Origin: a virus
Taxonomy: Duplodnaviria > Caudoviricetes
Length of the DNA: 37,589 nucleotides
Virus record (IMG/VR): IMGVR_UViG_3300020045_009645
Location: 1 to 37,589 of that record
Reading direction: 5' to 3' (one strand)
This document shows positions 18,051 to 27,319 of the stretch, piece after piece. How positions within the stretch are numbered: position 1 is the stretch's first letter; each line of letters starts with the position of its first letter. A program made the position numbers and the translations under genes. A model generated the notes under the pieces. It saw only the letters and a program-made list of their open reading frames with translations. It was not told where the DNA came from and ran no database searches.

Positions 18051-20888
18051 TTAATCTGTTAAAATCCAATCAAAAGCAACCGCTCCTGTTAATCCAGCTA
18101 AATAAACAACATCGAATGTAGTTGTAGTTTTATTGTTTATGTAAAACAAAGCGCAGGATAAAACATTTGAAGGTGTTGCGGTAACTTTATATGTGTTATT
18201 AGGTCGTGTTGATCCGATTGTTACTGTGAAAACAGTTGTTGCTGTTCCTGTAGTCGACACACTGCTTGATACTACATTTTTAATTGGACTTGTCACTCCT
18301 TTCAAATTTACTAATTCCGCTAAGCTTGGATATGTTGCGGTATCTGCCGAGATTATATTTCTAGATGCGTCGAATAAAGCAATTCGTGAAGCTGTTTGCC
18401 CTGATACGTTGAGTGCGGGAGTTGTTGCCTTTGTTGAAAAAACCGCATTTCCAGAAAAATCAAAAGAAACTACTTTTAAAGCCCCTAGTACTAGTGATAA
18501 CGAGGGGCTATTTGAAAATGCGTTAGTGCTCTCGACTATCAGCCCGCCACTCTTCAAAGACTCTGTGTTATTTGACTCATTTGATAACTTAAACATCATA
18601 CCCAGTCTCCTAAGCACCGCAGTAGCATCATTGTTGGGTGCTTTAAAAACTATTACATTCTCATAAGTTCCGTTTGTGGCTGTTATTGGAGAAAACGAGC
18701 ATACGGGTAAAACGTTGGAAAAAAAAGTAGTTCCGTTGAAAATTGAACTCCTTGCAGACGAACCGATAGACAAACCTACTTCTGGGTTTATACCTGTTTT
18801 TCTCCATTTATCAATGCCATGTCCTGTAGCTATTTTTTGCCACCCTGTGTAATCTGAAGGTAATGAGGTGTCAATGCTTATATGTCCAATTGGTAAAGCA
18901 TCCTCTGTGTCAAAATTAGAAATTCTGCCACTAATCAGGTTATCAAAACCCGATGAGCTTATTTTATTGCCTGACGAATATATTAAGTTTCCGTAAACAA
19001 ACGTAGCGGTATTTTGATTGTTGTTATTAGTCGCTGTTATACTTCCTGTACTTGTGTTGGAAATACATCTGCCAGTCGTTATGTTAAATCTGTTACCTTC
19101 GACATATACTACGGGCGAAGCTGTGTTTATATCTAAACCATAGCAAGCAGTCGAGGTGTTTTCAATAACATTATTTTTTACGTTGTAATTGCCGTTAGCG
19201 GTTACGTCAATACCTGTATCACCGCAATATATTGTGTTATTTATAATATCTTTACAATTTAAAAACCCTCTTCCTAGTGGATTAGTTATAATATTACCCG
19301 ACACTTTACCAGAAATTGCTCCGCCATAATTGAATTTACCGCTGATGTTGTTCGATTGTACAATTGTAAATCCTGAAAACCCATAATTTATATTAACACT
19401 TCCGTTATTATATATATTATTACCTAAAAGGTTTACATTTTCAGAATTAGCATTTAAAGTTGCTTTAAAAACAGTTGATGTACCCGTAGAGGTTACTTTC
19501 GCCCTAATAACATTTCCTGAAATATTAACATTTTTTACCGTGCTTATAACATCTGTGCTAACACCAACTTGAATAAGCGAATTTAGGAAATTATCAGCTA
19601 TAAAAGTATTATTTGATATATTTACGTTTTCAGTTATAGCTAAAGCACTGCTGTTTGTCTCATCTCCAAAGACAGATAGTCCAACGCTTACAGAATAATC
19701 ATCAAATTTAAAGGAGTTCGATATTACATTCACATTTGATAACTTACCTAAAGATCCCCATATAGCCACTACTTCATCGTTACATTTTTTTCTGAAATTG
19801 TTTCCAATTATATTAACCGCATAACAATCATTAGAAGCTAGTGCACCGTTAGCCGCTCTATTTCTGAGCCAAATACACCCGCCTATAGTTGTATTTGTTG
19901 TATTTTCAAATGTGTTGTTAGTAATATTCACATTATTATAACAGGCATACAAATCCAAATTATTGCCAAATATAGACCCATTTATATATGATTCACATTC
20001 GCTTATTGTTAAGTTGTTAATATTTGCAAACCCTAAAATTGTATAATTTATACTTGGTAATGTTATGGTTTGAGTAAATTTAATACCTTTTATGATAATT
20101 GACGTATCAGGATTTGAGTAAGTGGTAGAGAATTTTTCATTATAAATAGCAAATTCATTGCTTGGCGAAGTAGCTCCTTTTACAAAAGTATTATTTATTA
20201 TAATTTCAGACCCTTTAACGCCAATATAACTAGTATTGCTTTTTAATACTAATTTAGATTTTATCAAGTATCTTTTAGTAAAAACCAAATTTTTATTTGT
20301 CGCTACGGAAATAGCCGAATTAATAGCGGATGCGTCGTCTGTAACGGCATCTCCTATCGCTCCGAACCATTCTGGGTAAATATTGCCGTTAACTACTCTT
20401 TTAATTCTCTTTCCGTCAGCCGTAACCAATACAGTTCCTGTATTATCCGCGCTAGTAGTATCTGTTGCGTCATAATACCAAAAACCTTCTTGATTTATGT
20501 TGGTTGTATAAAAACTAATATTAGGTAAAATTCCCGTCAAAGCTCTTATTTGAGCAATGGTTCTTTTATAAACAGTACCTCCGCTAATAGCGTCAATTGT
20601 CGGATATTTTACGCCTGTGCCGTCTGTAACTAAAGAATCTTGTTTGTTTGCTGTGTTTTCTTTTAAATCTAAAGCTGTTTGTGTTGAGGTAGATACTGGC
20701 ATAGAAGATGCAGGACGCATTTTTACAAACAAGTCCGAACCATCGTAAACTAAAACGCTGTCCTCTACTGCTCCAGCAGGCGGGACTTTTAAAAGTTTTA
20801 CGTAATTTAAATTATTTGAAGGCGTGAATTGAGCATTTGCCGAAATACCTACAAACAATAAGGTTAAAAATAAAAATAGTTTTTTCAT
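18051..20888 (-). CDS. Tailspike/depolymerase-like parallel beta-helix protein with N-terminal signal peptide
   Basis: MKKLFLFLTLLFVGISANA|QF signal peptide; PEWFGAIGDAVTDDASAINSAI pectate-lyase-3-type start; many NVNISNN-type Asn-ladder repeats. Confidence 0.8.
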   Translation of the reverse strand: MKKLFLFLTLLFVGISANAQFTPSNNLNYVKLLKVPPAGAVEDSVLVYDGSDLFVKMRPASSMPVSTSTQTALDLKENTANKQDSLVTDGTGVKYPTIDAISGGTVYKRTIAQIRALTGILPNISFYTTNINQEGFWYYDATDTTSADNTGTVLVTADGKRIKRVVNGNIYPEWFGAIGDAVTDDASAINSAISVATNKNLVFTKRYLIKSKLVLKSNTSYIGVKGSEIIINNTFVKGATSPSNEFAIYNEKFSTTYSNPDTSIIIKGIKFTQTITLPSINYTILGFANINNLTISECESYINGSIFGNNLDLYACYNNVNITNNTFENTTNTTIGGCIWLRNRAANGALASNDCYAVNIIGNNFRKKCNDEVVAIWGSLGKLSNVNVISNSFKFDDYSVSVGLSVFGDETNSSALAITENVNISNNTFIADNFLNSLIQVGVSTDVISTVKNVNISGNVIRAKVTSTGTSTVFKATLNANSENVNLLGNNIYNNGSVNINYGFSGFTIVQSNNISGKFNYGGAISGKVSGNIITNPLGRGFLNCKDIINNTIYCGDTGIDVTANGNYNVKNNVIENTSTACYGLDINTASPVVYVEGNRFNITTGRCISNTSTGSITATNNNNQNTATFVYGNLIYSSGNKISSSGFDNLISGRISNFDTEDALPIGHISIDTSLPSDYTGWQKIATGHGIDKWRKTGINPEVGLSIGSSARSSIFNGTTFFSNVLPVCSFSPITATNGTYENVIVFKAPNNDATAVLRRLGMMFKLSNESNNTESLKSGGLIVESTNAFSNSPSLSLVLGALKVVSFDFSGNAVFSTKATTPALNVSGQTASRIALFDASRNIISADTATYPSLAELVNLKGVTSPIKNVVSSSVSTTGTATTVFTVTIGSTRPNNTYKVTATPSNVLSCALFYINNKTTTTFDVVYLAGLTGAVAFDWILTD

Positions 20889-20917
20889 AAAATGTATTAA
20901 ATTAGTTAAAAAAAAAA

Positions 20918-21397
20918 TTAAGGTATTAAAGCTATTCCATAAGATGATAATATTTCGTAATTAGCAATATCTTGATCATCTCCAAATATAATGTATCTTC
21001 CAGTTTCCATAAATTCGGTATGGTCGGCATTCCATCCTTGACAAATGTCTCCTAATTGTATTTCAATAGCCGTGTTTTTTGTTCCATTAAACCAGCCTTT
21101 GTGTTTAATGGTTATTTCATCGGCTTGTGGGCTTGATGCAGCAGTATTAAATTTTGCAAAATCTTCTTTGGATAAATAACCGTCTTGAATCTCTGTAGCT
21201 AAACTAATTGAAAATTGATTTGTAAAATTATTATACATTAATGGCAGAACAGCCGAAACGCCTGACGGCTCGGTTACAACGATAGCAACGTTTAAGGCTG
21301 TTAAAACAGTACGCATTCTATCAGGGTTAACAAACCCCGTGTTATTATCGATTATTAACGAATTTATTAAATTCTGTCTTTCCGTTGGTGTAGCCAT
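20918..21397 (-). CDS. Hypothetical (possibly virion-associated) protein
   Basis: 159-aa ORF; DGYLSKEDFAKFN resembles motifs in tail-fibre-like proteins. Confidence 0.6.
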   Translation of the reverse strand: MATPTERQNLINSLIIDNNTGFVNPDRMRTVLTALNVAIVVTEPSGVSAVLPLMYNNFTNQFSISLATEIQDGYLSKEDFAKFNTAASSPQADEITIKHKGWFNGTKNTAIEIQLGDICQGWNADHTEFMETGRYIIFGDDQDIANYEILSSYGIALIP

Positions 21398-21406
21398 ATC
21401 TATATT

Positions 21407-21841
21407 TTAAGAAAATCCGAAATCAAAACCACCGCTAAATGCCCGCCCCATAACCGAAGGATCAATCTGTTTTTGTCTATCGATGAAGAATAAAATTTGG
21501 GTAATTTCCCCGCTTTCCAATAATTCAGCAGTCAGTTCGAAATCAATTTTGCTCCCCGTAATGTTATATGTCAATTCTTTTATCCTCACTCTTGGTTCCC
21601 ACTTTCCTATTGAATCAATTACTTCAGCAGAAATATTGGCCACTGCTGTATTAACTGGATTATCAATAAATTGCCAAATATCGGAACCGAATAATAAACG
21701 CATCGGGTCGCTTCCTTTGGTAGTGGTCAAAATAGTTCCGATACATTGACGTATGTCGTCAATACCTTCGACAACTTGCCCAATCATTTGATTAGATAAT
21801 TGCCAGTTGGTTGCTTTTATGTCCTCTAATTTCGTTGCCAT
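21407..21841 (-). CDS. Baseplate wedge protein, P2 gpW/T4 gp25 family
   Basis: DIRQCIGTILTTTKGSDPMR..FGS...WEPRV. Confidence 0.9.
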   Translation of the reverse strand: MATKLEDIKATNWQLSNQMIGQVVEGIDDIRQCIGTILTTTKGSDPMRLLFGSDIWQFIDNPVNTAVANISAEVIDSIGKWEPRVRIKELTYNITGSKIDFELTAELLESGEITQILFFIDRQKQIDPSVMGRAFSGGFDFGFS

Positions 21842-22482
21842 TATGGTATTGGTGTACTCGTTGGATTTCCGTTGGTTGTACTTGTATGCCTGTGCGTTTT
21901 CAAGGAAACTGCGCCTGCTTGAACGTCTCCAGTCGCTTTTAAATCTCCTGATATTGCACCACCTCCAGGAGACGTAATAGTGCCTCCAACGGTTAACGCT
22001 CCTGAAATCGCAACTGCACCAGTTAATTGAATCGCTGGAGCTTGTATTTTTGCTAATGCTGTGGCTGTAACCGTGGCGTTCAATGCGTTTACTTTAACTT
22101 CTCCAGCAGTACTGTTAATGTTTATTTCAGTGTCAGCAGAAATGTTTATTTTTCCTTTGATATCCAACGTGTATTCGTGTGAATTTCGATCATATTCAAC
22201 AACTGAATCATCATCAAATTTTACTCTAAAAACACCGTCACCACCATTATTTGGAGGCGTTTTATCGTTGAATAACGCTCCTAAAATTACGCCCTCTTCT
22301 GAATTTTCATCCATTAAACAAGCAACTTGCTCATTTACTGAAAATGTATGCGAGAAATTATCTTTAATCGCTCCCATCGTTAGGAATTGCAACCAATCTG
22401 AAACAACACCATCATCAGTAAATGTTACACGGGCGTAACCCTTAGCGGGGTAAACTTCGGTTATGTTTCCAAATCTTAGCAT
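21841..22482 (-). CDS. Baseplate central spike, P2 gpV family
   Basis: ARVTF...SDWL...EQVACLMD...GVILG OB fold; C-terminal SLKTHRH (HxH metal tip). Confidence 0.9.
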   Translation of the reverse strand: MLRFGNITEVYPAKGYARVTFTDDGVVSDWLQFLTMGAIKDNFSHTFSVNEQVACLMDENSEEGVILGALFNDKTPPNNGGDGVFRVKFDDDSVVEYDRNSHEYTLDIKGKINISADTEININSTAGEVKVNALNATVTATALAKIQAPAIQLTGAVAISGALTVGGTITSPGGGAISGDLKATGDVQAGAVSLKTHRHTSTTNGNPTSTPIP

Positions 22483-22500
22483 TTTTCAAAGATAAATAAA

Positions 22501-23622
22501 TTATTGTATTTTAGTTGGATTTCCGTAAGGATATTTATTATCAGGAAATTTAAAATTTAGAACCGCAACATTATTCGATTGTTGTTTTTTCTTTGTCTTG
22601 GTAATTTGTTCAGATTTGGCAGGCAAATTCAAGCGTTTTATTTCTAATCCAACCGTATAGCCGCTTGATTTGTCGATTTTATGGGAACTGGATTTTATAT
22701 GGTATTTTCCCGATAATTTCCCAAGTCCTGTTAACTGAAAATTATTGCCTGCAATTGCCAAAGTCGTTCCCTGCATTTCAATGTTTCCTTCCATTTGATT
22801 TCCTGCCGAAAGATGCATTATAGCCTTGGCTTTCGCCTCTGCTTGCTGTTTATTTTCGGCTTTCGTATGCGTAACGCCTTCATCTTGATTAACAGGTGTA
22901 TCACTTGAATAACCTTGCTCTTGCTTGTATTTTTCAAAATCCAGATTAGCCACTACTGGCTCATTCTTTTTTGCTGATTTTGACTTAACCGAAGCATTTT
23001 TAATCATTCCGTCTGCCTTGTCTTTCAATGAATAACTTGAAATTCCAGATTTGTCAACTGAAAAACTAATGCTTCGTTTTTCTACATCATAAATTGAAGT
23101 GAATGTGATAACATTTTCACGCACAGCGAATAAAACACCGTACTCCTGAGAAATTCGCTTTAAAAACGCCAAATCCGTTTCTTTGTTTTGTGTAATTCTG
23201 CCAAAAGTAATATCCGGAATAGTTCCTTGAATTGTCAGATTGTTTTTTGAAGCTACTTTTTCGGCAATTTGCTTTAAAGTTTTACTTTCATGAGCATCTG
23301 ATTTTTTAGTTCTCAAAGAATTCACGATTCCAGTTGCCATGCCTCGAATAGTTACCACGTCAGGCGGACCAGAAAGCTGTATTTCGTCAATTTCGAAAAC
23401 ACCACATTTAAGATTTTCGATTGTAACGGTTAATTTTGCGCCCTTTTCTGGGTACCACGAATTTTGCCAACGCAAATCCACGTCCTCAACTTCAATTTCT
23501 ATTTCGTCACTTTCGCCCTCGGTTTTATCGTTGTACGTAAGAGAAAGCATGTGTTTAGAAATATCGGCTGTGATATTCTTATTATTGTATAAGACGGTAA
23601 ATTTCGGTATGGATACATTCAT
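22501..23622 (-). CDS. Baseplate hub, P2 gpD (late control D) family
   Basis: GESDEIEIEVED, GVFEIDEI..SGPPD, QNKETDLAFLKR. Confidence 0.88.
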   Translation of the reverse strand: MNVSIPKFTVLYNNKNITADISKHMLSLTYNDKTEGESDEIEIEVEDVDLRWQNSWYPEKGAKLTVTIENLKCGVFEIDEIQLSGPPDVVTIRGMATGIVNSLRTKKSDAHESKTLKQIAEKVASKNNLTIQGTIPDITFGRITQNKETDLAFLKRISQEYGVLFAVRENVITFTSIYDVEKRSISFSVDKSGISSYSLKDKADGMIKNASVKSKSAKKNEPVVANLDFEKYKQEQGYSSDTPVNQDEGVTHTKAENKQQAEAKAKAIMHLSAGNQMEGNIEMQGTTLAIAGNNFQLTGLGKLSGKYHIKSSSHKIDKSSGYTVGLEIKRLNLPAKSEQITKTKKKQQSNNVAVLNFKFPDNKYPYGNPTKIQ

Positions 23623-23625
23623 TTT

Positions 23626-23847
23626 TTATCGTTTCCAAGGTGGTAATAATTCGCTATCAATCTGTATATCGCCTTGCTCTAAAATTGGCACAATTACACG
23701 TGTTCCGATTTCCAGGATAGGAGAAATTACGATAGTTGGGTTTGCTTCAATTAATCCATTAATCAAAGTTGCGTCACCATAAGCCTTAAATGCTATCGTA
23801 TCCCATCTGTCGCCTTGTTTTGCCACGTATTCTACAAAATTAGCCAT
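23626..23847 (-). CDS. Tail protein X (LysM-like)
   Basis: GDRWDTIAFKAYG...LIEANP...LPPWKR. Confidence 0.88.
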   Translation of the reverse strand: MANFVEYVAKQGDRWDTIAFKAYGDATLINGLIEANPTIVISPILEIGTRVIVPILEQGDIQIDSELLPPWKR

Positions 23848-24704
23848 TATATTCTACGGATTATAGAGTTATTGGAAATATCTAAGTTTGTTGAATTCAA
23901 ATTTACAACCGACCCGTTTAATTGCTGATTCAGGATTTTGAAGCCTTCAATATCTGAAACGGGTAAAACCGCTTTCATATTTTGAACCCTTACATAAACA
24001 TCATTCAAAGCTACTGGCATATCCTCAGCTAAATCTTGCAACTGTGAAGCGTCCGACAAAATTGACTGAACTTTCGTTATACTGCCTTCAATATCAGTAA
24101 GTGATTTACTTATTTTTCCACTCCAATATTCTGAACGGATTGGAACTGCTGCTATATTTGCTGTATAAATATTCGTTACCGTTGCCGATGTTTGAATATT
24201 TGAAATCTCGGTGCTTATAGTCATTCCCTGTGATAGTTTTGGAGGCAAAACTGAACGTACATTTGAATTTCTTTGAGAAGTTGCAAATGCTAAATTAATA
24301 GCTTGCAGTTCAGCTTCTCGCAATGGGTCATCTGAAAAACTTTCCAGTAATTCAATATTCAAAGTAACTTCGATTAAATTACCCAACGGATCAGTAAACG
24401 AATTTGATTGCGAAAAATTAGGAATCACAAAAAAGCCTAAAACACGCCCGTTACCTAAAATTAAAGGTAAAATTTCCCTATTTTGCATCGCTAAACGCAA
24501 AGTTTCAATGTCGGCTTCTGGGTTAGTAAATTCGGAATGCAAATACATTCCAAACGAAATACTATCGAGATTGTCACCAACGGACTGCAAACGAGGTTTT
24601 CCATTAATTAATTCATGTTGGGCGTAGTTTACACCTCGCTCATGTGAGAAGCTGGAAAAGCCTTTCAGTCCTTCGAAACGTATATTTCCTAATTGGGCGT
24701 ACAT
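23847..24704 (-). CDS. P2 gpU-like tail tube initiator with C-terminal extension
   Basis: MYAQLGNIRF...YAQHELINGKPRLQSVG.NLD. Confidence 0.8.
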   Translation of the reverse strand: MYAQLGNIRFEGLKGFSSFSHERGVNYAQHELINGKPRLQSVGDNLDSISFGMYLHSEFTNPEADIETLRLAMQNREILPLILGNGRVLGFFVIPNFSQSNSFTDPLGNLIEVTLNIELLESFSDDPLREAELQAINLAFATSQRNSNVRSVLPPKLSQGMTISTEISNIQTSATVTNIYTANIAAVPIRSEYWSGKISKSLTDIEGSITKVQSILSDASQLQDLAEDMPVALNDVYVRVQNMKAVLPVSDIEGFKILNQQLNGSVVNLNSTNLDISNNSIIRRI

Positions 24705-24754
24705 TTAAAATATTTTTTTTGTAAATATAACTAAATTTTAAATATGATTTTAAT

Positions 24755-24780
24755 AAAAAACCTCCAATTAAGGAGGTTTT
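24755..24780 (-). terminator. Intrinsic terminator closing the moron
   Basis: aaaacctcc-aattaa-ggaggtttt perfect stem. Confidence 0.75.
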
Positions 24781-24784
24781 AAAA

Positions 24785-24958
24785 CTAGTCTTTTACTACT
24801 GTTAATCCTGTAAAAAATTTATTTCGTACAGTTTGCCAAAATCTTCTTCCTAGATTAATTTTTGGTTTTCCAAACAAATAAGGATTGTCTTTTGTAATTG
24901 GATTTACTAAAATTCCATTTTCGTACTGCTTAACGTAAGGTTTGTTGTTCTGAATCAT
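24785..24958 (-). CDS. 57-aa moron ORF, not in ORF track (MIQNNKPYVKQYENGILVNPITKDNPYLFGKPKINLGRRFWQTVRNKFFTGLTVVKD)
   Basis: Hand-translated; own promoter upstream and terminator downstream; leader TTAAAACTTATCAAAA is shared with the chaperone gene. Confidence 0.75.
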   Translation of the reverse strand: MIQNNKPYVKQYENGILVNPITKDNPYLFGKPKINLGRRFWQTVRNKFFTGLTVVKD

Positions 24959-24975
24959 TTTGATAAGTTTTAATC

Positions 24976-25015
24976 ATTAATAATAAGCAAATTTAAACAT
25001 TATTTTTAAATAAAC
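24976..25015 (-). promoter_or_regulatory. Promoter/operator element, copy 2 of the exact 40-bp repeat
   Basis: Identical to 2318-2357. Confidence 0.75.
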
Positions 25016-25020
25016 AAATT

Positions 25021-26700
25021 TTAATAAGCTAATCTTGCTTTTCTTTGCATTTGTGCCTCAATTTGTCTGATCAATTCAGGAATCAATGCTTTTACTTGTC
25101 CTGCTACATCGCCAGAACCACCGTGAATTACGGGTGCAAACGTTACTGAAACCGTTGAATTTCCACCGCCACCGCCACGGCTTGCGGTTGGTTTTATTGA
25201 AGAACCCATTCCTTTTGAAGCCCCGACAACTTTATCTTGTCCTTTTTTGATTCCGTTGTGCGCTCCTTCGGTTATATTTACGCCATAATCCATAAATACT
25301 TTTGAAGGCGAAGCGATACCAAGAACCGTTTTGAAAGCGGTTGCTATACCTTTTCCAATTCCTTTTACAAAATCAAATAATGCCATTGCTTTGGATTTTA
25401 TCCCGTTCCATAAGCCGTTGATTATATCAGCTCCAATGTTTTTAAATTTATCCGGAACCGCTTTCCAAGCCATAATTATCCAACCGATCGGGCCAAGAAA
25501 CAATAAACCCCATTTTTTAATGAAATCCAAAGCTTTAAAGAATATCGCTTTAATTCCATCCCATAATCCTGCGAAGAATTTTTTAATCGGTTCCCAATAT
25601 TTTATAATCAGGAATGCAGCCACGGCAATTGCAGCCACAACCCAAAATATAGGAGAAGTTAAAAACGCCAGGTTAGCGGCTTTTAAAGCAGCTGATAAAA
25701 TACCTATCCCGGTAGCTCCTGACATTGCGGAAAACGCCATAGCGGTTTGAACTGCTGTAACGGTAATCATTAATGCACGATAAGCATTTATTACGGCCAT
25801 ACCTGCTGAAATTACTTTAAATATTCCACCAAAAGCAAACGAGGCAGCAGCAATAGCAAAACTTAAAGCCATAGCAGCAGCAGCAGCTTTTAAAATAGTT
25901 TCTGTTAATCGTGGATTTCTACTCACCCATGCCGAAATTCTATCAACTACAGGTGTTACTTGATTCATTAATTCTTTTAGCCTCGGCAACATTGTGGTTC
26001 CGATTTTTGAAGCTGTCATAACAACGCCATCACGCAGAGTAGAAAGCATTCCTTTAACGGATTTGGATTGCGCCTCGATACCACCAGCAAATTTAACATT
26101 GCCTACAAATTTAAGATACTGTTCGATTTCTTTAGCATTTTTACCGACCGTGGTTTTTACGCCTTGAAAGGTAAACGTGACGTTATCACCTTCCGATTTG
26201 GCTTTTATTCCAAATTCTTTTAAACGCTCAAATTCACCTGTGGCAGCATCCGCAACAGCCTCAACCATATCGTTGAGAGATTTACCCATTGCTGAAGCGG
26301 TATTCCCGTATGCGGTCAAAGCTTCTTGCGACGGATCAAGCCCCATATTTTTAAGCTTGATAAATCCAGTCATTACTTCCTCCAATCCGTAAGGAGTAGC
26401 CGAAGCGAATTTATTAATTGCATCGAATGCAGCTCTAGCTTCTTTTTGATTTCCCTGAAAAGAAGTTTGTAAAGCAATATTCATGCTTTCCATATCAGCA
26501 GCAGCCTTCAAAGGTAAAGCCAAAGCAGCTCCAATACCTATACCGATAGCACCAGCGGTTCTACCTGCTGAAAATGCCCTGTCTCCACGCTCTGACATTG
26601 CCATTATTTGGCGTTGTCGTGCAGCAGCAGCAGCGATAATACGAGTTGCTTCGTCTTTGGCCGTTAAGAGTAAAGCAACCTCAAATGTTTTTTTTGCCAT
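25021..26700 (-). CDS. Tail tape measure protein
   Basis: FASATPYGLEEV..GF..L, AVADAATGEFERLKEFGI, LGIASPSKVF; Ala-rich; follows the chaperone. Confidence 0.92.
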   Translation of the reverse strand: MAKKTFEVALLLTAKDEATRIIAAAAARQRQIMAMSERGDRAFSAGRTAGAIGIGIGAALALPLKAAADMESMNIALQTSFQGNQKEARAAFDAINKFASATPYGLEEVMTGFIKLKNMGLDPSQEALTAYGNTASAMGKSLNDMVEAVADAATGEFERLKEFGIKAKSEGDNVTFTFQGVKTTVGKNAKEIEQYLKFVGNVKFAGGIEAQSKSVKGMLSTLRDGVVMTASKIGTTMLPRLKELMNQVTPVVDRISAWVSRNPRLTETILKAAAAAMALSFAIAAASFAFGGIFKVISAGMAVINAYRALMITVTAVQTAMAFSAMSGATGIGILSAALKAANLAFLTSPIFWVVAAIAVAAFLIIKYWEPIKKFFAGLWDGIKAIFFKALDFIKKWGLLFLGPIGWIIMAWKAVPDKFKNIGADIINGLWNGIKSKAMALFDFVKGIGKGIATAFKTVLGIASPSKVFMDYGVNITEGAHNGIKKGQDKVVGASKGMGSSIKPTASRGGGGGNSTVSVTFAPVIHGGSGDVAGQVKALIPELIRQIEAQMQRKARLAY

Positions 26701-26713
26701 AATTTATTTATAT

Positions 26714-26745
26714 AAAAAAACCGCAACCGATAACGGTGCGGTTTT
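26714..26745 (-). terminator. Intrinsic terminator between chaperone extension and tape measure gene
   Basis: Minus strand AAAACCGCACCG-TTAT-CGGTTGCGGTTTTTTT. Confidence 0.7.
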
Positions 26746-26748
26746 ATA

Positions 26749-26898
26749 TTAATTTTCGGGTTGTGGGTTCATTTTTTCATGCAATTTCAGTGCTTCTACA
26801 AACCAATAATGAACGTCGTTTCCATCCATTTCAAATAAAATATTTAACGGTGTTCCTGAGAAATGTGCCAGAAATATTAATTGTTCTGGCGTTACACA
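26749..26898 (-). CDS. -1 frame extension of the tail chaperone (P2 E+E'/lambda GT analogue)
   Basis: After AAG CTT TTT the -1 frame reads CVTPEQLIFLAHFSGTPLNILFEMDGNDVHYWFVEALKLHEKMNPQPEN*, an E'-like pattern. Confidence 0.75.
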   Translation of the reverse strand, partial: CVTPEQLIFLAHFSGTPLNILFEMDGNDVHYWFVEALKLHEKMNPQPEN

Positions 26899-27224
26899 AA
26901 AAGCTTGTTAATCGGTGTCATTATTTTTAAATAATCTACTCCATCCATTTCGTCAAATTCGTCTTTAAATACCGGTTTTCCGTCGATTTCTACAAGGATG
27001 GAAGCCAAGCATTCCGTCATATCTGAACCGTCTGAATTCATAAGCCTTTGAGCTTGCTGAACGTGTTTTCCCTTGAAGCGTTTTATAACGCATTTTTTAC
27101 CACTTGGTAATTCAAATTCTTGGTAAACGTTTCTTTCCTCTGCACTTATAGCGTTTGGATTTTTTGACGGTAATGTTTTTTTGTCTAAACCTCTTAGGGC
27201 TTTAATTGTTGTGTTTTCTGCCAT
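26892..27224 (-). CDS. Tail assembly chaperone (P2 gpE/Mu gp41-like)
   Basis: Between tube and tape measure genes; DEFDEMDGVDY motif. Confidence 0.82.
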   Translation of the reverse strand: MAENTTIKALRGLDKKTLPSKNPNAISAEERNVYQEFELPSGKKCVIKRFKGKHVQQAQRLMNSDGSDMTECLASILVEIDGKPVFKDEFDEMDGVDYLKIMTPINKLFV

Positions 27225-27266
27225 TTTTGATAAGTTTTAAGTTATTATTTTAAAACGTAAATATAA

Positions 27267-27297
27267 TAAAAAAACCGATACAATAACGTATCGGTTC
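27267..27297 (-). terminator. Intrinsic terminator after the tail tube gene
   Basis: Minus strand AACCGATAC-GTTATT-GTATCGGTT plus T tract. Confidence 0.72.
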
Positions 27298-27319
27298 ATT
27301 TCTCCTTTCTTTTAAATTA

